From Candidatus Saccharimonadia bacterium (lineage in GTDB: Bacteria > Patescibacteriota > Saccharimonadia > Saccharimonadales > 2-12-FULL-41-12): a stretch of DNA of 64,000 nucleotides. Below the pieces are notes generated by a model. The model made no database searches, was not told the origin of the DNA, and saw nothing but the letters and a program-made list of their open reading frames with translations. Positions 1-9,712 of the stretch are shown in pieces. The stretch's first letter is position 1. The number at the start of each line of letters is the position of its first letter. The position numbers and the translations under genes are program-made. The stretch covers positions 267,599-331,598 of the forward strand of contig OY970327.1 in the NCBI GenBank assembly GCA_963717365.1, read 5' to 3'.

Positions 1-563
1 ATCACCATGAGGACGACAACAAACATAAAGACCCGTCTGTTAGTTTAATTATTGCTGGAGATACAATCCATAACCTCTTGGACGGAGTGGCGATCGCGGC
101 AGCATTTCTTATCAGTGTCCCAACTGGAATTGTTACTACGCTGGCAGTGGCGGCGCATGAAATTCCTCAGGAAATTGGAGATTTTGGATTGCTGCTTTCA
201 AAAGGTATGCGGCGGAGCAAGGTGCTAGTAGTCAACGCTCTGAGCGCAGTAGCAACTATGGTAGCTGCTGTACTCACCTATGCTCTTGGTTCGGACGATA
301 AACTCCCCATCGGCATACTACTTGGTTTAAGCGCCGGTTTTCTGCTTTACATTGCTCTAAGCGATATTATCCCTACTATTCACGCCAAGACAGATGCATC
401 AAAGCTCATACAGTTGCAAACAGTACTGCTGCTAATAGGTGTGATTGTGGTTGGCTTTGTGGTACAGCTGGCTCATCAATATATTGATGTTGACCACCGT
501 GTAGATTCAGACCATAATTATCGTATAGAAGAAAAGTATGACGAACATGTAGAGGAGTACTAA
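1..563 (+). CDS. ZIP family divalent-metal transporter (ZupT/GufA-like), 5' end cut by window edge
   Basis: Frame 3 is open from base 3 (HHEDDNKHKDPSVSLIIAGDTIHNLLDGVAIAAAF) into tracked ORF 78..563. It carries the ZIP signature HEIPQEIGDFGLLL and several hydrophobic segments. Confidence 0.8.
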   Translation, partial: HHEDDNKHKDPSVSLIIAGDTIHNLLDGVAIAAAFLISVPTGIVTTLAVAAHEIPQEIGDFGLLLSKGMRRSKVLVVNALSAVATMVAAVLTYALGSDDKLPIGILLGLSAGFLLYIALSDIIPTIHAKTDASKLIQLQTVLLLIGVIVVGFVVQLAHQYIDVDHRVDSDHNYRIEEKYDEHVEEY

Positions 564-567
564 TAGC

Positions 568-1083
568 GTGGGTTTTTTCAGCGCAATTAAAAAAAACTTA
601 AATCATGGAGGAGTTAAGGTAACGCTACAGGCACCGGCGGTGATTACGACTGATGATTTAACGCTTAACGCTACCTTAGAAATTGTTGCTGACCAACCGC
701 AGCAAATAAATAAAGTAGTGGTTCGATTAGTGCGGACCCGTCACGAAAATAATAATGCTTTCGAGGAAGATAGTGGAACTAGACCCGATGCAAGCGAGTT
801 CGTGCTCGGCAGTTTTATACACGAACAGCCCTTTACCCTGCAGCCCAATATTCCTGTTTCTGTGCCGGTCACTATTCAGTATCAACTTCAAGCTGCGGGA
901 TCAAATACAATTTTGGGCGATGGCCAGATTGCTCACGTATTTGATAAGCTCCAAAAATTTGAAAATATGGCCGGCAATATACGGTACACCTATGAGATAA
1001 CGGCTGGTGTTGACGTGGAAGGCATAGCGCTTGATCCTGGTGATAGAAAACCGATTGAAATCAGCGGTGCTGGACAGCTTTAG
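568..1083 (+). CDS. SpoOM-like (arrestin-fold) protein, short form
   Basis: GTG start 4 nt after the ZIP stop. The N-terminus MGFFSAIKKNLNHGGVKVTLQAP resembles the conserved SpoOM family N-terminus, and the rest is beta-rich. Assigned from memory of the family, not from a search. Confidence 0.45.
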   Translation: MGFFSAIKKNLNHGGVKVTLQAPAVITTDDLTLNATLEIVADQPQQINKVVVRLVRTRHENNNAFEEDSGTRPDASEFVLGSFIHEQPFTLQPNIPVSVPVTIQYQLQAAGSNTILGDGQIAHVFDKLQKFENMAGNIRYTYEITAGVDVEGIALDPGDRKPIEISGAGQL

Positions 1084-1104
1084 ATAAGGTATACTTCTTA
1101 GTAT

Positions 1105-2178
1105 ATGGAAATTGCTATTGCTAGTCTGGTGGTGCTCAATATAATTTTTGTTTTTATCTTGCTGCGTGGCAAAAATCAATCCGGGGATGACCAGGCGGCT
1201 GGGCTGATAAAGCAAGATATCACCGCCTTGTCGGAGAGTGTGATTAAACTTAAAGATACTCTAGGCGTTCAGATCAATGACCGATTAGACCGCAACAACG
1301 AGCAGATGCAAAAAAGCATGATGGCACAATTTAAAGAGTCTACTAAGATTGTCCAAGATGTGACGCAACGGCTGACCAAACTTGATGAAACAAACAAACG
1401 GGTTGTAGACGTGGCAGATGAGCTGAAGACGCTGCAAAACGTGTTACAAAACCCTAAACAACGCGGTGTGCTGGGCGAATATTACTTGGGTCAGGTGCTA
1501 GAAAATGTCATGCCGCCCGATCGATTCCAGCTGCAATACAAATTTAACAATGGTGAGATTGTCGACGCCGTCATTTTTTTGGATAGGGGTAAAATTTTGC
1601 CAATTGACTCTAAGTTTAGTCTGGAAAACTATAACCGCTTAATTGAAGAAAAAGATAAATCACGTCGCGAATCGCTAATGACTGCTTTTCGCAATGACTT
1701 GAAGCTGCGAATTGATGAAACAGCTAAGTACATTCGGCCCGATGAGAACTGCATGGACTTTGCCTTCATGTTCATCCCCAGCGAGGCGATTTATTATGAC
1801 TTGTTAATTAACAAAGTCGGCACTAGCGGCACCACTGCTCGCGACCTGCTAGAATACGCCTTTCGCGACAAAAAGGTGATTATTGTTAGCCCAACCAGCT
1901 TTATGGCCTACTTGCAAACAGTACTACAGGGTCTGCGCAGCCTACAGATCGAAGACCAGGCCAAAGAGATTCAGCTACGGGTTGGACAACTAGGCACACA
2001 TATCGCTGCCTATGAATCATTTATGCAAAAACTAGGCGGTAGCCTCGGCACTACGGTAAATCACTATAATAACGCTCACAAAGAGCTTAAAAAGATTGAT
2101 AAAGACGTTATCAAAATCGCCCGAACAAGTCCTGCCATTGAACCATTAATTCTTGACAAGCCACAAACCGATGAATAG
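1105..2178 (+). CDS. rmuC: DNA recombination protein RmuC
   Basis: N-terminal TM segment and coiled coil, then the RmuC core GVLGEYYLGQVLENVMPPDRFQLQY ... ILPIDSKFSLENYNRL ... FMFIPSEAIYYD. Confidence 0.85.
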   Translation: MEIAIASLVVLNIIFVFILLRGKNQSGDDQAAGLIKQDITALSESVIKLKDTLGVQINDRLDRNNEQMQKSMMAQFKESTKIVQDVTQRLTKLDETNKRVVDVADELKTLQNVLQNPKQRGVLGEYYLGQVLENVMPPDRFQLQYKFNNGEIVDAVIFLDRGKILPIDSKFSLENYNRLIEEKDKSRRESLMTAFRNDLKLRIDETAKYIRPDENCMDFAFMFIPSEAIYYDLLINKVGTSGTTARDLLEYAFRDKKVIIVSPTSFMAYLQTVLQGLRSLQIEDQAKEIQLRVGQLGTHIAAYESFMQKLGGSLGTTVNHYNNAHKELKKIDKDVIKIARTSPAIEPLILDKPQTDE

Positions 2179-2187
2179 GGTTAAGTA

Positions 2188-2472
2188 ATGGATATATTTA
2201 AACGAAAAAAGAAAAAACAGGAAAAAGACTTGATCCAGCGCAATCACAAAGAGATTGCCAGGGCGCTAGAAATTTTGTTTGCTAGTGAGTACATCGACCA
2301 AAAGCGACTATATTTTCACAACTTTTTACGAGGTATAGCGTTTGGCGCTGGCGGTGTGTTGGGAGCCACATTATTGATTGGATTTCTGATCTGGATTTTG
2401 TCACTCTTTGATGAAATTCCTCTGATTGGACCATTATTTGAAAACACCCGCGAATCTATCGAGCGTAAATAA
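2188..2472 (+). CDS. small membrane protein (possibly DUF5665-like)
   Basis: 94 aa with a lysine-rich N-terminus and one long hydrophobic segment, GIAFGAGGVLGATLLIGFLIWILSLF. It starts 10 nt after the rmuC stop. Confidence 0.55.
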   Translation: MDIFKRKKKKQEKDLIQRNHKEIARALEILFASEYIDQKRLYFHNFLRGIAFGAGGVLGATLLIGFLIWILSLFDEIPLIGPLFENTRESIERK

Positions 2473-2493
2473 ACCAGTTTAAATCGCTTATGC

Positions 2494-2522
2494 TTGTGTA
2501 ATTAACGTTGCCTATTTATAGT
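2494..2522 (+). promoter_or_regulatory. promoter of the pyrC-like gene (leaderless geometry)
   Basis: -35 TTGTGT (2494-2499), 17-nt spacer, -10 TATAGT (2517-2522), then 7 nt to ATG 2530 with no SD. Confidence 0.5.
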
Positions 2523-2529
2523 TTCATCA

Positions 2530-3822
2530 ATGGGATTGGAGCGCATTGGGTCAAATCATATTGTATTTTTGCCGGGACCGTTTGACGCGCACATGCATCC
2601 GCGTGTTACAGATGGTATTACCGAAGATGCTTTTGTAGAAATTAATGGTGGCGTAGAAGGTAAGGCTGGTCTTGCGGCCTATACCAAGGCAGCAATTAGA
2701 TCAGGTTTCACAGGCGGTGGCGCTATGCCTAATGAGGTGATGCGCAAATACGCGCCTTGGATGCCCGAAAAAACTACGACGGTGCCGTACCCAATATCTG
2801 ACTTGCGCTCAGTCCACGCCATGCAGTCTGCTATCCAGCAACACTCCTTAATACCAATGGCTGTGTATGCCGGCATTAATCCGGAAGAGATTTTTAAAGA
2901 TAAACAACGCCGCCAGCTTGATGCCGAAACTACTGAACAAAATTTTTTTGAAATCAAAGATGAAGTAATGGCTTTAAAGCTCTGGGGAGATGAGAGTACC
3001 GGGGGCTACAATGTTCCCAAAACATTACTTCCGCGCATAGCCGGCTTGTGGCATAAACATAATCCTGAAAAACCTGTCATTCTTCATCTAGAAGACGCAG
3101 GTGTCGGCGAAGTACTCCAAGACATGTGCCGCTTATATGGCAAGAAGATTCCAATCCATATAGCTCATGTATCATCCCGTCAAGAATTCCAAGCCGTGAT
3201 TGATGCCAAACAGAACGGCATGAATTTAACCTGCGAAGCAACCATTCATCATTTATTCTTGAATGCTGATACTCGTAAGCAAATTGGTGGCTACGGCTGC
3301 ATGAAACCAAGTCTCAAACCTCAAGAAGACGTTGATTTTTTATGGGCCAACATGAAGCACATTGATATTATCGCCAGCGACTGCGCGCCACACCGACGAA
3401 GTGACAAAGAAGGTAAAAATCCGGCGTTTGGCGTCACGAATCACACGGTTATGATTCCTTTAATGATGGGTGCAGTTGAACAAGGCCGTTTATCTATGGA
3501 TGATGTGTTTCAAAAAATGTGTATTGCTCCTCGCAAGCGGTTTAACATTCCCATAGAAGATGGTTCAGAAACTCACATATCAATTGGGCATCACACTAAT
3601 CCCCACTACTTGGAAGAGACAGTCATGCCTGGATATGGCCATAATCCATTTCTACTTATTGACAGAAAAACACTTGGAGCACCACTGGTTGGACGAATTA
3701 TTCGAGTTAAAGCAGGTGTGTCTGATACTGAAGTCAAGCTTCGCCCTAGTTACACCCATATCATTACCCCGCAAACCGTGGCCGCTTTAGCACTGTTAAC
3801 TATAAGGAGCAAAACAACATGA
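2530..3822 (+). CDS. pyrC: dihydroorotase-like cyclic amidohydrolase
   Basis: Metal-ligand motifs of the amidohydrolase/DHOase family: DAHMH (HxH), ALKLW (candidate carbamylated Lys), HIAHVSS, ASDCAPH. Confidence 0.7.
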   Translation: MGLERIGSNHIVFLPGPFDAHMHPRVTDGITEDAFVEINGGVEGKAGLAAYTKAAIRSGFTGGGAMPNEVMRKYAPWMPEKTTTVPYPISDLRSVHAMQSAIQQHSLIPMAVYAGINPEEIFKDKQRRQLDAETTEQNFFEIKDEVMALKLWGDESTGGYNVPKTLLPRIAGLWHKHNPEKPVILHLEDAGVGEVLQDMCRLYGKKIPIHIAHVSSRQEFQAVIDAKQNGMNLTCEATIHHLFLNADTRKQIGGYGCMKPSLKPQEDVDFLWANMKHIDIIASDCAPHRRSDKEGKNPAFGVTNHTVMIPLMMGAVEQGRLSMDDVFQKMCIAPRKRFNIPIEDGSETHISIGHHTNPHYLEETVMPGYGHNPFLLIDRKTLGAPLVGRIIRVKAGVSDTEVKLRPSYTHIITPQTVAALALLTIRSKTT

Positions 3823-4796
3823 ATGAAATAAGAATTGGTCACTTGGAAGTTGACAGCCCGTATGGTAATGCGGGTGGAGTGTTAAAAAGTGCTGAAGACG
3901 TGGCAGCTATGGCTCGGACTGGTGTCGGCTGGTTAGAGCCTGGTTCTTTTACACTAGAAAAACGTTTGGGCAATGCCTGGAATCCCGAGACTGGACTACA
4001 TGACAGAGTTGTATATCACCATGATTCTGACACCGGAGAAACTACCAATTCAATTGGCATGGAGAATCAGGGAATTGATAAAGTCGAAAAAGACATTCCA
4101 GAAATGGTAGCTATTGCAGAATCATTTGGAAAGTTTCTGATCGTCAATGTTGCGCCTGTCAGCGAGGAACCGATTGAGGAAAGTAAAGAACTAGTTCGAC
4201 GCGCTTATGAAGCCGGAGCACACGCGGTTATTTTAAACGCTGGATGTCCAAACGTAATATCAGAAGACGGTGGACGTCACGAAATATTAAGCCGAGATCC
4301 AGCGGCCTTGTACACCGTTCTGGCTGGACTAACTGATGTGGTATCTAAATTTGAACAAATATTTGTAAGAGTTTCACCCCAGGATGACTTGGTTAATACT
4401 CGCAATGTAATACGTGCAATCGAAAAATCTCAAAATGTATCAACCATATTTACGCCAAACACTTGGCCAGGACATAGGCCTTTAGATGCTGACGGAAATC
4501 CAATCTTGGGAGTACCAGGTAATATTGGCGGCTTGAGTGGTCCAGCCACGGCACAGGATGCGGCCGTACAGACTGACTGGTTTGCCATGAGTACGAAACT
4601 AGATGTAGTGAGTTCAGGCGGAATTATGAATGGCAGAGAACTCAAAGAAAGAATGTATATATCATACGGCCGAAGACTGCGAAAAAATGCGGTAGCCGGT
4701 GCGGGAACCACTTTCTTTTATCAATCTGAAGACTGGAAGCACGATGTTGACAAGCTAATTTGGGAATATTTGGACAGCATCGAAAATCATCGCTAG
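3819..4796 (+). CDS. pyrD: dihydroorotate dehydrogenase-like flavoenzyme (class 1 type, catalytic Cys)
   Basis: LNAGCPNV matches the class 1 N-x-x-C-P-N active-site loop. GGLSGP and VVSSGGI are FMN phosphate-binding motifs. The ATGA start/stop overlap with the upstream gene (3819-3822) implies translational coupling. Confidence 0.7.
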   Translation: MNEIRIGHLEVDSPYGNAGGVLKSAEDVAAMARTGVGWLEPGSFTLEKRLGNAWNPETGLHDRVVYHHDSDTGETTNSIGMENQGIDKVEKDIPEMVAIAESFGKFLIVNVAPVSEEPIEESKELVRRAYEAGAHAVILNAGCPNVISEDGGRHEILSRDPAALYTVLAGLTDVVSKFEQIFVRVSPQDDLVNTRNVIRAIEKSQNVSTIFTPNTWPGHRPLDADGNPILGVPGNIGGLSGPATAQDAAVQTDWFAMSTKLDVVSSGGIMNGRELKERMYISYGRRLRKNAVAGAGTTFFYQSEDWKHDVDKLIWEYLDSIENHR

Positions 4797-5290
4797 CGGA
4801 AATTAGTAAAATCAAGCGGAAAATCAAAATCTTGAGCGCGAAGTAATTGCATGACTCCTTGCAATTCGTCCTTTTTGGGGCTGGTGACGCGCACCTCGTC
4901 GCCTTGGATCTGTGGTTTTACTTTTGGATACTGTTCGCGAATGACGGCAGTGACTTTTTTGGCGTTTTCAGCGTTTAGACCTTTTTTGAACGGCACTTCT
5001 TTGGTGGTTTTGAGATTACTCACCGTAGCTTCCTTGGTCGCGTCAAGTACCTTCTGGCTCTGGCCGCGAGTAGCTAGTTTCTTGCGGACAATATCCAAGA
5101 TGGCGTCGATATGGTAATCGCTATCACCAGTAATTTTTAAACCGGTTTTATCGCTGTCTAGCCAATCTAGCTCGGCCTGAGTACCCTTAAGGTCATAACG
5201 ATTACTAAGCTCTTTTTTTGCCTGCTCTACAACATTGTTCATCTCGGCCTTGTCATAATCGGAAACAATATCAAGAGAAAAATTTGCCAT
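4793..5290 (-). CDS. yajQ: YajQ family nucleotide/cyclic-di-GMP-binding protein (UPF0234)
   Basis: 165 aa. MANFSLDIVSDYDKAEMNNVVEQAKKELSNRYDLKG is the typical YajQ N-terminus, and the length is typical. Confidence 0.85.
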   Translation of the reverse strand: MANFSLDIVSDYDKAEMNNVVEQAKKELSNRYDLKGTQAELDWLDSDKTGLKITGDSDYHIDAILDIVRKKLATRGQSQKVLDATKEATVSNLKTTKEVPFKKGLNAENAKKVTAVIREQYPKVKPQIQGDEVRVTSPKKDELQGVMQLLRAQDFDFPLDFTNFR

Positions 5291-5296
5291 ACGGAT

Positions 5297-5305
5297 ATTT
5301 TACCA
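5297..5305 (-). promoter_or_regulatory. extended -10 promoter of yajQ (leaderless geometry)
   Basis: The minus strand reads TGgTAAAAT, then 6 nt (atccgt) to ATG at 5290. Confidence 0.45.
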
Positions 5306-5347
5306 CGATCAACTCCGTATATCAGTAATCTGACATAGTAATTTTAC

Positions 5348-5584
5348 TTATGCATTGGCGGCGTGCTTAGTGTAGGCAACTTCATAAAGAACATCTTTCA
5401 TAATTTTCCTTTGGACGAGTTGTTCCTGTTTAACCTCAGTAACCACACGCTCAAGTCGCTCAATTCTATTTTCTAATCGTATAAAATTATCCGCGGTCAT
5501 TTGCATAAACTCCTGCAAAATAGTCAGAAGATCTTGATTTGTAACGCGCTTTGACGGTTTCATACTATCTACGATACACGTCAT
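5348..5584 (-). CDS. hypothetical small coiled-coil protein
   Basis: 78-aa ORF co-oriented with and just upstream of yajQ. It has heptad-like content (RLENRIERLERVVTEVKQEQL) and no recognisable family. Confidence 0.4.
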   Translation of the reverse strand: MTCIVDSMKPSKRVTNQDLLTILQEFMQMTADNFIRLENRIERLERVVTEVKQEQLVQRKIMKDVLYEVAYTKHAANA

Positions 5585-5628
5585 TTATTAAATAATCATG
5601 AACTTTAGCGTTTTTAACAAGTAATTTT

Positions 5629-5637
5629 TGCTACAAT
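5629..5637 (+). promoter_or_regulatory. extended -10 promoter of pheST (leaderless geometry)
   Basis: TGcTACAAT, then 8 nt to ATG 5646, no SD. Confidence 0.5.
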
Positions 5638-5645
5638 AAACAGAT

Positions 5646-6653
5646 ATGATAAACAAAACAATTGTTGAGGGTTTGCTTTTGCGAGCGAAAAAGGGTGACC
5701 AAACGGTGTTACGCAGCGTTGAGCTAAAGAGTTTGTTTGATGAACTGAAGACGTTACCACCTGAGGAAAGAGGACCATTTGGTAAAGCAGTCAACGCGTT
5801 AAGACTGCAGCTGGAAACAGCTTTGAATTCAAAGCAAGATCCTGCCCTAAAGTTGAAACAGATTGACGTGACCGCCCCTTGGGACGTAAATACTCCACCA
5901 GCCGAACGTCCAACAGTGGGACGTGCTCCTGAAGGCTCACTGCACCCGTTGACACAGGAAATTAATCACATCCTGGACATCTTCGCCCGCATGGGTTTTG
6001 CGGCCATAGAATCCCGCCAAATTGATGACGATTACCACATGTTCGGCAGTTTGAATTTTCCAGAAGGTCACCCGGCGCGTGATGATTATGATACATTTAT
6101 GACCGAAGAAGGCTTGATTGCTCCAGCCCATACCAGCACGATGCAAAACCGCATATTATCTGAAAAAAAGCATTTGCTAGAACAAGGAGACGCTATTGCG
6201 TACGTTATTCCTGGACGAGTTTTTCGCAATGAAGATCTTGATGCGACACATGAGCATACCTTTCATCAACTGGAGGGCGTGTATGTTAGTAAAGACGTGC
6301 ACGCTGGTGTATTAATAGCCGTTTTGCAGGCCTACCTGAATGAATATTTTGGCGAAGAACTGCAAACTAAATTGCAGCCATTTTACTTTCCATTTACCGA
6401 ACCGAGCTTTGAAATGGCGGTAGAGCGTCCTACCATTCTGCGCAAAGATGACTCTGAAGAGCAGAAGTGGCTTGAGTTACTGGGCTGCGGCATGATTCAT
6501 CCGAATGTTCTAAGTATGGCTGGTATAGACCCTGCGGTATACACCGGTTTTGCCTGGGGCCAAGGCATTGAACGGATGGTTATGATGAAGAACGAAATTG
6601 AAGACATCCGACATTTTAATAGCGCTAAATTAGATTTCTTGAGGCAATTCTAA
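5646..6653 (+). CDS. pheS: phenylalanine--tRNA ligase alpha subunit
   Basis: Class II motifs: GRVFRNEDLDATHEHTFHQLEG (motif 2) and GFAWGQGIERMVM (motif 3). Confidence 0.95.
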   Translation: MINKTIVEGLLLRAKKGDQTVLRSVELKSLFDELKTLPPEERGPFGKAVNALRLQLETALNSKQDPALKLKQIDVTAPWDVNTPPAERPTVGRAPEGSLHPLTQEINHILDIFARMGFAAIESRQIDDDYHMFGSLNFPEGHPARDDYDTFMTEEGLIAPAHTSTMQNRILSEKKHLLEQGDAIAYVIPGRVFRNEDLDATHEHTFHQLEGVYVSKDVHAGVLIAVLQAYLNEYFGEELQTKLQPFYFPFTEPSFEMAVERPTILRKDDSEEQKWLELLGCGMIHPNVLSMAGIDPAVYTGFAWGQGIERMVMMKNEIEDIRHFNSAKLDFLRQF

Positions 6654-6654
6654 T

Positions 6655-9177
6655 ATGAAAGTAAGTTTAAACTGGGCGCAGCAGAACAGTAACGTCGATC
6701 TTAATTCAGACGGTGTTGATAATTTAGTGAAAAAAATCGGAGCTCAGTTAGGTGCAGTTGAATCGATTGAACTTACCGGCCCTAAGTATGACGGCGTACT
6801 GGTTGTTAAAGTTGTTTCCTGCGAGAAGCATCCAAATGCCGATAAATTAAGTGTTTGCTGGGTTGATGACGGTGAGGTGGCGCAGAACGTCGAACGCAAC
6901 CCGGACGGCCACGTTCAAGTTGTGTGCGGTGCTCCCAACGTCCGCGTTGGTCTAACTGCCGCCTGGCTGCCGCCAGGCTCAACCGTACCAAATACTGCCG
7001 ACAAAGAACCGTTTATACTCGGCTCCAGGGAACTACGCGGAACCATTAGTAACGGCATGCTCGCCAGCCCGAGTGAACTTGCTATGGGAGACAGTCATGC
7101 CGGAATTTTAGAGATTGATACTAATGAGGTTGGCACCGAGCTGACAAAGCCGGGTACACCGTTTAGAAAGTTGTATGGTCTTGACGACGTAATTATTGAT
7201 ATTGAGAATAAAATGTTCACACACCGACCTGATTGTTTTGGAGTATTGGGTGTGGCCCGCGAAATTGCTGGTATTCAGCAGCAGGCATTTGTTTCCCCAC
7301 AGTGGTACCTGAAACAACCTGATTTTAAAACCAGCAAAGAATTAGAACTAACGATTATTAATGAGGTCCCTGATCAGGTTCCACGTTTTATGGCTGTGGC
7401 TATGCAAGATACAAAGATTAAACCAAGTCCGACGTGGTTGCAGGCCGGACTTGCACGAGTTGGCATTAAGTCAATCAATAATATCGTTGATATTACGAAT
7501 TACCTGATGTATGTAACAGGCCAACCTTTGCATGCTTACGACTATGACAAGGTGGCTGCCCGCAGTAATAAGGGTGCCATTCTGGCTGCTCGTTTACCCA
7601 GCAAAGGCGAAACCGTCGCGTTGCTCAATGGCAAAATACTAGAACCACGTCCCGAAGCAATTATGATTGCAACTGACAAAAAATTAATTGGCGTGGGCGG
7701 TGTTATGGGCGGCGCTGATACTGAGGTCGACGATACAACAAAAAATATAATTATCGAATGCGCTAACTTCGATATGTACTCGATTCGCCGTACCAGTATG
7801 GCGCATGGCCTTTTCACCGATGCCGTAACCCGTTTCAATAAAGGTCAGAGCCCGCTCCAAAATGATCGTGTGATCGCCAAAGCAATGAAGATGATGGAAG
7901 AAATAGCCGGCGCTAAGCAGGCCAGTAATGTTATTGACGATAAACATCTGGGTGACAAAATTTTTCCAAGTCAGACTAGCGTCAATGATCCAATTAACAT
8001 CGAGAGTAGTTTTATAAATGCCCGTTTAGGCTTACAACTTAATGATGATGAAATCATAAAGCTGCTGTCAAATGTAGAGTTTGATGCACATCTGGCGGCG
8101 GGGCAGATTAATGTTATGGCACCATTTTGGCGCACTGATATTGCTATTGCCGAAGATATAGTTGAAGAAGTTGGACGACTGTGCGGTTTCGATAAGTTGC
8201 CGCTTGAAATGCCAAAACGAACAACTTCACCAACCCCAATCGATCCTAGTCTAGCGCTAAAGCAGCGTATCCGTACCGTATTGGCAAGCTTCGGTTCAAA
8301 CGAGGTACTGACGTATAGCTTTGTTCACGGCAGGCTGATTGAAAAAGCCGCTCAAAATAAAGATATGGCGTATAAATTAAGTAATGCGTTGAGCCCCGAC
8401 TTGCAATATTACCGTCTAAGTCTGACCCCTAGCTTACTGGCCCAAATCCATCCTAATATTAAAGCCGGCCATGATTCTTTTAGCCTATTTGAGATTAATA
8501 AGACGCCGTCAGTACCGGCTTCAAAAGATGATGCAGTTCCAGGTGAAAACACCATGATAAGCCTAGTAACAGCAGATAAACTTCGCACCGATGCGTCCTA
8601 TTATACTGCACGTGTCTTCCTGGATAAATTAGCTGAGACAGTGGGAGTAAAGCTTACATACACACCAATAACAGAGCCTGCTGAGCATCCAGTTTCGGTG
8701 CCGTTTGAACCTAAGCGAAGCGCACTGGTGATGGTAGTTAACACCGGCCAATTACTTGGAATAGTTGGAGAATATAAACAAACCGTTGCTAAGGCATTAA
8801 AGCTACCATCTTTTTGTGCTGGTTTTGAAATAGATCTTGATCAGCTGTTAGCTGCAACGCCGCAGGACGCTTATACGCCATTGTCACGCTACCCAAGTAT
8901 ATCGCAGGATATATGTCTGGAAGTTGATGCATCGCTTTCTTACGGTAAGGTAACAGAAGCCTTAGAAGCTGCCTTAGAAAACTTACCAGAACTTGATCAA
9001 ACGATTGATTTTCAACCGATTGATATCTACCAAGCAGCTGGCTCAAATAAAAAACGAGTTACCTATCGACTCACTTTGACCAGCTATGAACGAACGCTAA
9101 CCGAAGGCATATTGTCGGCAATACTTGATAAGTTAGCCGAAACGCTACAAAAAACAGCCGGCGCTAAACGTATATGA
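6655..9177 (+). CDS. pheT: phenylalanine--tRNA ligase beta subunit
   Basis: 840 aa, starting 2 nt after pheS. It has the N-terminal tRNA-binding domain (KHPNADKLSVCWVDDG), B3/4 and B5 regions and a C-terminal FDX-ACB-like domain. Confidence 0.95.
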   Translation: MKVSLNWAQQNSNVDLNSDGVDNLVKKIGAQLGAVESIELTGPKYDGVLVVKVVSCEKHPNADKLSVCWVDDGEVAQNVERNPDGHVQVVCGAPNVRVGLTAAWLPPGSTVPNTADKEPFILGSRELRGTISNGMLASPSELAMGDSHAGILEIDTNEVGTELTKPGTPFRKLYGLDDVIIDIENKMFTHRPDCFGVLGVAREIAGIQQQAFVSPQWYLKQPDFKTSKELELTIINEVPDQVPRFMAVAMQDTKIKPSPTWLQAGLARVGIKSINNIVDITNYLMYVTGQPLHAYDYDKVAARSNKGAILAARLPSKGETVALLNGKILEPRPEAIMIATDKKLIGVGGVMGGADTEVDDTTKNIIIECANFDMYSIRRTSMAHGLFTDAVTRFNKGQSPLQNDRVIAKAMKMMEEIAGAKQASNVIDDKHLGDKIFPSQTSVNDPINIESSFINARLGLQLNDDEIIKLLSNVEFDAHLAAGQINVMAPFWRTDIAIAEDIVEEVGRLCGFDKLPLEMPKRTTSPTPIDPSLALKQRIRTVLASFGSNEVLTYSFVHGRLIEKAAQNKDMAYKLSNALSPDLQYYRLSLTPSLLAQIHPNIKAGHDSFSLFEINKTPSVPASKDDAVPGENTMISLVTADKLRTDASYYTARVFLDKLAETVGVKLTYTPITEPAEHPVSVPFEPKRSALVMVVNTGQLLGIVGEYKQTVAKALKLPSFCAGFEIDLDQLLAATPQDAYTPLSRYPSISQDICLEVDASLSYGKVTEALEAALENLPELDQTIDFQPIDIYQAAGSNKKRVTYRLTLTSYERTLTEGILSAILDKLAETLQKTAGAKRI

Positions 9178-9653
9178 TACTGCGGCAAGCCGCTCGGGGC
9201 ATTGTTATACATAATGACTCGTTATTAATTATGCGTCGCCGTAAGACGGACGGTAGGCAGTACATGGTTATCCCTGGCGGCCGGCTTGAGCCGAACGAAG
9301 ATCCAGTACAAACGTTGCACCGTGAACTTGCTGAAGAGACCATGATTAGCGTTAAAAATCCACAACTAGTTTTTATTGAAGAGCCGAATGACAAGCGATG
9401 GGGAACACAATATATCTATCTATGTGAATATGTTAGTGGAGAACCCCAGTTGCACCTTGATAGTGAAGAATTACAGGCCAATAACGCCGGCACAGATTTT
9501 TATGAACCGATGTGGTTTCCGCTTGACGGACTGCCAGATTCTGATTACCCATTTCGTTCTACCAGACTGGGCGACGAAATTTTACAATCGGCAAAACATG
9601 GATTTCCAAACCAGCCAAAACGGTGGACTCTTACTCCACCTATGGTAGAATAA
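9174..9653 (+). CDS. NUDIX hydrolase
   Basis: Nudix box GGRLEPNEDPVQTLHRELAEETMI. ATGA overlap with the pheT stop. Confidence 0.85.
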   Translation: MILRQAARGIVIHNDSLLIMRRRKTDGRQYMVIPGGRLEPNEDPVQTLHRELAEETMISVKNPQLVFIEEPNDKRWGTQYIYLCEYVSGEPQLHLDSEELQANNAGTDFYEPMWFPLDGLPDSDYPFRSTRLGDEILQSAKHGFPNQPKRWTLTPPMVE

Positions 9654-9712
9654 AAGTCAATATAGGCAGGGGCGTCAGCGTTCCGGAGTTTAATGAGGGG
9701 AGAGACAAAACA

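Noticed and set aside
755-1215. ORFs 755..1000 (+) and 901..1215 (-) overlapping the SpoOM-like and rmuC genes
   Set aside because: Both overlap better-supported genes in other frames or on the other strand. They lack an RBS and encode low-complexity products.
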